DNA of 64,000 nucleotides from Glycera tridactyla (Eukaryota). The stretch spans positions 41,912,001-41,976,000 of the forward strand of contig OZ286475.1 of assembly GCA_965644265.1 (NCBI GenBank), in the 5' to 3' direction. The notes beneath the pieces were generated by a model that did not search any database, had not been told where the DNA came from, and saw only the letters and a program-made list of their open reading frames with translations. Numbering within the stretch: position 1 is the stretch's first letter; each line of letters opens with the position of its first letter. Positions 63,085 to 64,000 of the stretch are shown one piece after another. The position numbers and the translations under genes are program-made.

Positions 63085-64000
63085 GACCCCTCTCGTTTAG
63101 CCAAAAGATCTTGTCTTCCTAGTACGGCAGCAGCACCTGGTCAAGTGGCCCAGATGAATCAAATACAAATGCCTTTGGTTTCAGGAGTTCCAGTAGTCAC
63201 TAGGAATAGTATAAGTAGGGAGGACAAGGAGAGGGATGCTCAGATTTCCTCATTGAAGGAGAATATGGAGAGAATGAGGGAAAGACTAGATCAGAAAGAG
63301 GAGAAGAATAGACATGACGATTCTCCTAGAGATTCAGAGGAAGAGAAGGAGCAGCCTGCTGTCCGTAGACGGCTGAGAGGATTTAGGAAGTTTGCTGCAG
63401 AAATTCTGCCTTCGTACATCCCAGAACCAGAAACTTCTGATCCGAAGGGTTCAGGGGTGGCCTATAAAACCACTGGAACAGATACAGATGCCCAGATTCT
63501 AGAACAAGAGGTAGATAATATAGGCGAGACCTCTCTCCCTATTTCTCCGCTTTTGATAGAGAGTCAGGAGAAGTTAGATAAGCCCTTACAAGGTTTGGAT
63601 AGGTTTCAACAGCTTCATAATATTTCTACGCCTCTTGAATCTTTCTTCAAGTTGGGACGTGAAGGTCTGCAGGACCCGAGCGTTAAATATTTTAGGGTCA
63701 ATATGCCTCGTGTTTACGGCTGTAATCCGAGGTCATACCGGATTCGTAGGACTGGCGAGAGATCCCACAAGTACTTGGTGGAATCACCAGTGATTGATAG
63801 GGATTATGTTAGATATGGTAGGACACCAAAGATAGAATTGAAGCCCAACAATGATGAGATTACTCTTAGGGAGTCCTTGAAAGCATTGAGTTATGCGGAT
63901 TTCGCATTGGCAGCGGGGCTAGGGGCGTCTGAAGTAACAGATGCTGACATCAAGGATGTGAAGACCAAAGCTAAAGATGCCACTAGAATTGGGCTACTAG
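63085..64000 (+). CDS. Gag-like ORF of a second, divergent DIRS-like element (C-terminal half; runs off the window)
   Basis: Open frame 63085-64000 aligns by eye with gag 1007-4957: QISSLKE..ERMRER / QVESLREEVKMLRER; RGFRKFAAE / SSFRRFASE; SLPISPL; PRVYGCNPRSY / PRIYGCNSRVY; LRESLKALSYADFALAAGL / LRDSLKVLSYTDIALATGL. Confidence 0.85.

Noticed and set aside
1-64000. The two DIRS gags as ends of one giant composite element
   Set aside because: They are divergent families with no DNA-level identity, face away from each other and share no terminal repeats.

Overview
Repeat-rich animal (invertebrate-like) genomic DNA from a gapped scaffold. It has 9 N-runs, most of them flanked by microsatellites, and I see no prokaryotic features and no intact host gene. 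The left end holds a DIRS-type (tyrosine-recombinase clade) retrotransposon on the minus strand. It has an intact 1316-aa gag containing a 9-bp coding minisatellite, and an overlapping, open RT frame (1-1257) that the ORF track missed because it runs off the window. The right end holds a gag fragment of a second, distantly related DIRS family on the plus strand. About 5.7-39 kb (possibly to about 46 kb) looks like a tandem array of decayed, same-strand paralogs. Their surviving motifs, read by eye across stops and frameshifts, resemble death-fold/NACHT/LRR (NLR-like) immune receptor genes; this family call is an inference. The array includes a clear ~8.8-kb tandem duplication whose two units differ by SINE insertions, a microinversion and repeat copy number. 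A young 5'-truncated L2/CR1-group LINE lies at 25.0-26.6 kb. The rest consists of SINEs (one apparently a tRNA/5S chimera), MITEs, a CACTG-ended EnSpm-like element, an element rich in RFX X-box-like motifs with terminal palindromes, and mini- and microsatellites. I found no clearly new biological system; the best leads are ranked in the findings. All identities and family assignments are by-eye estimates, not computed.
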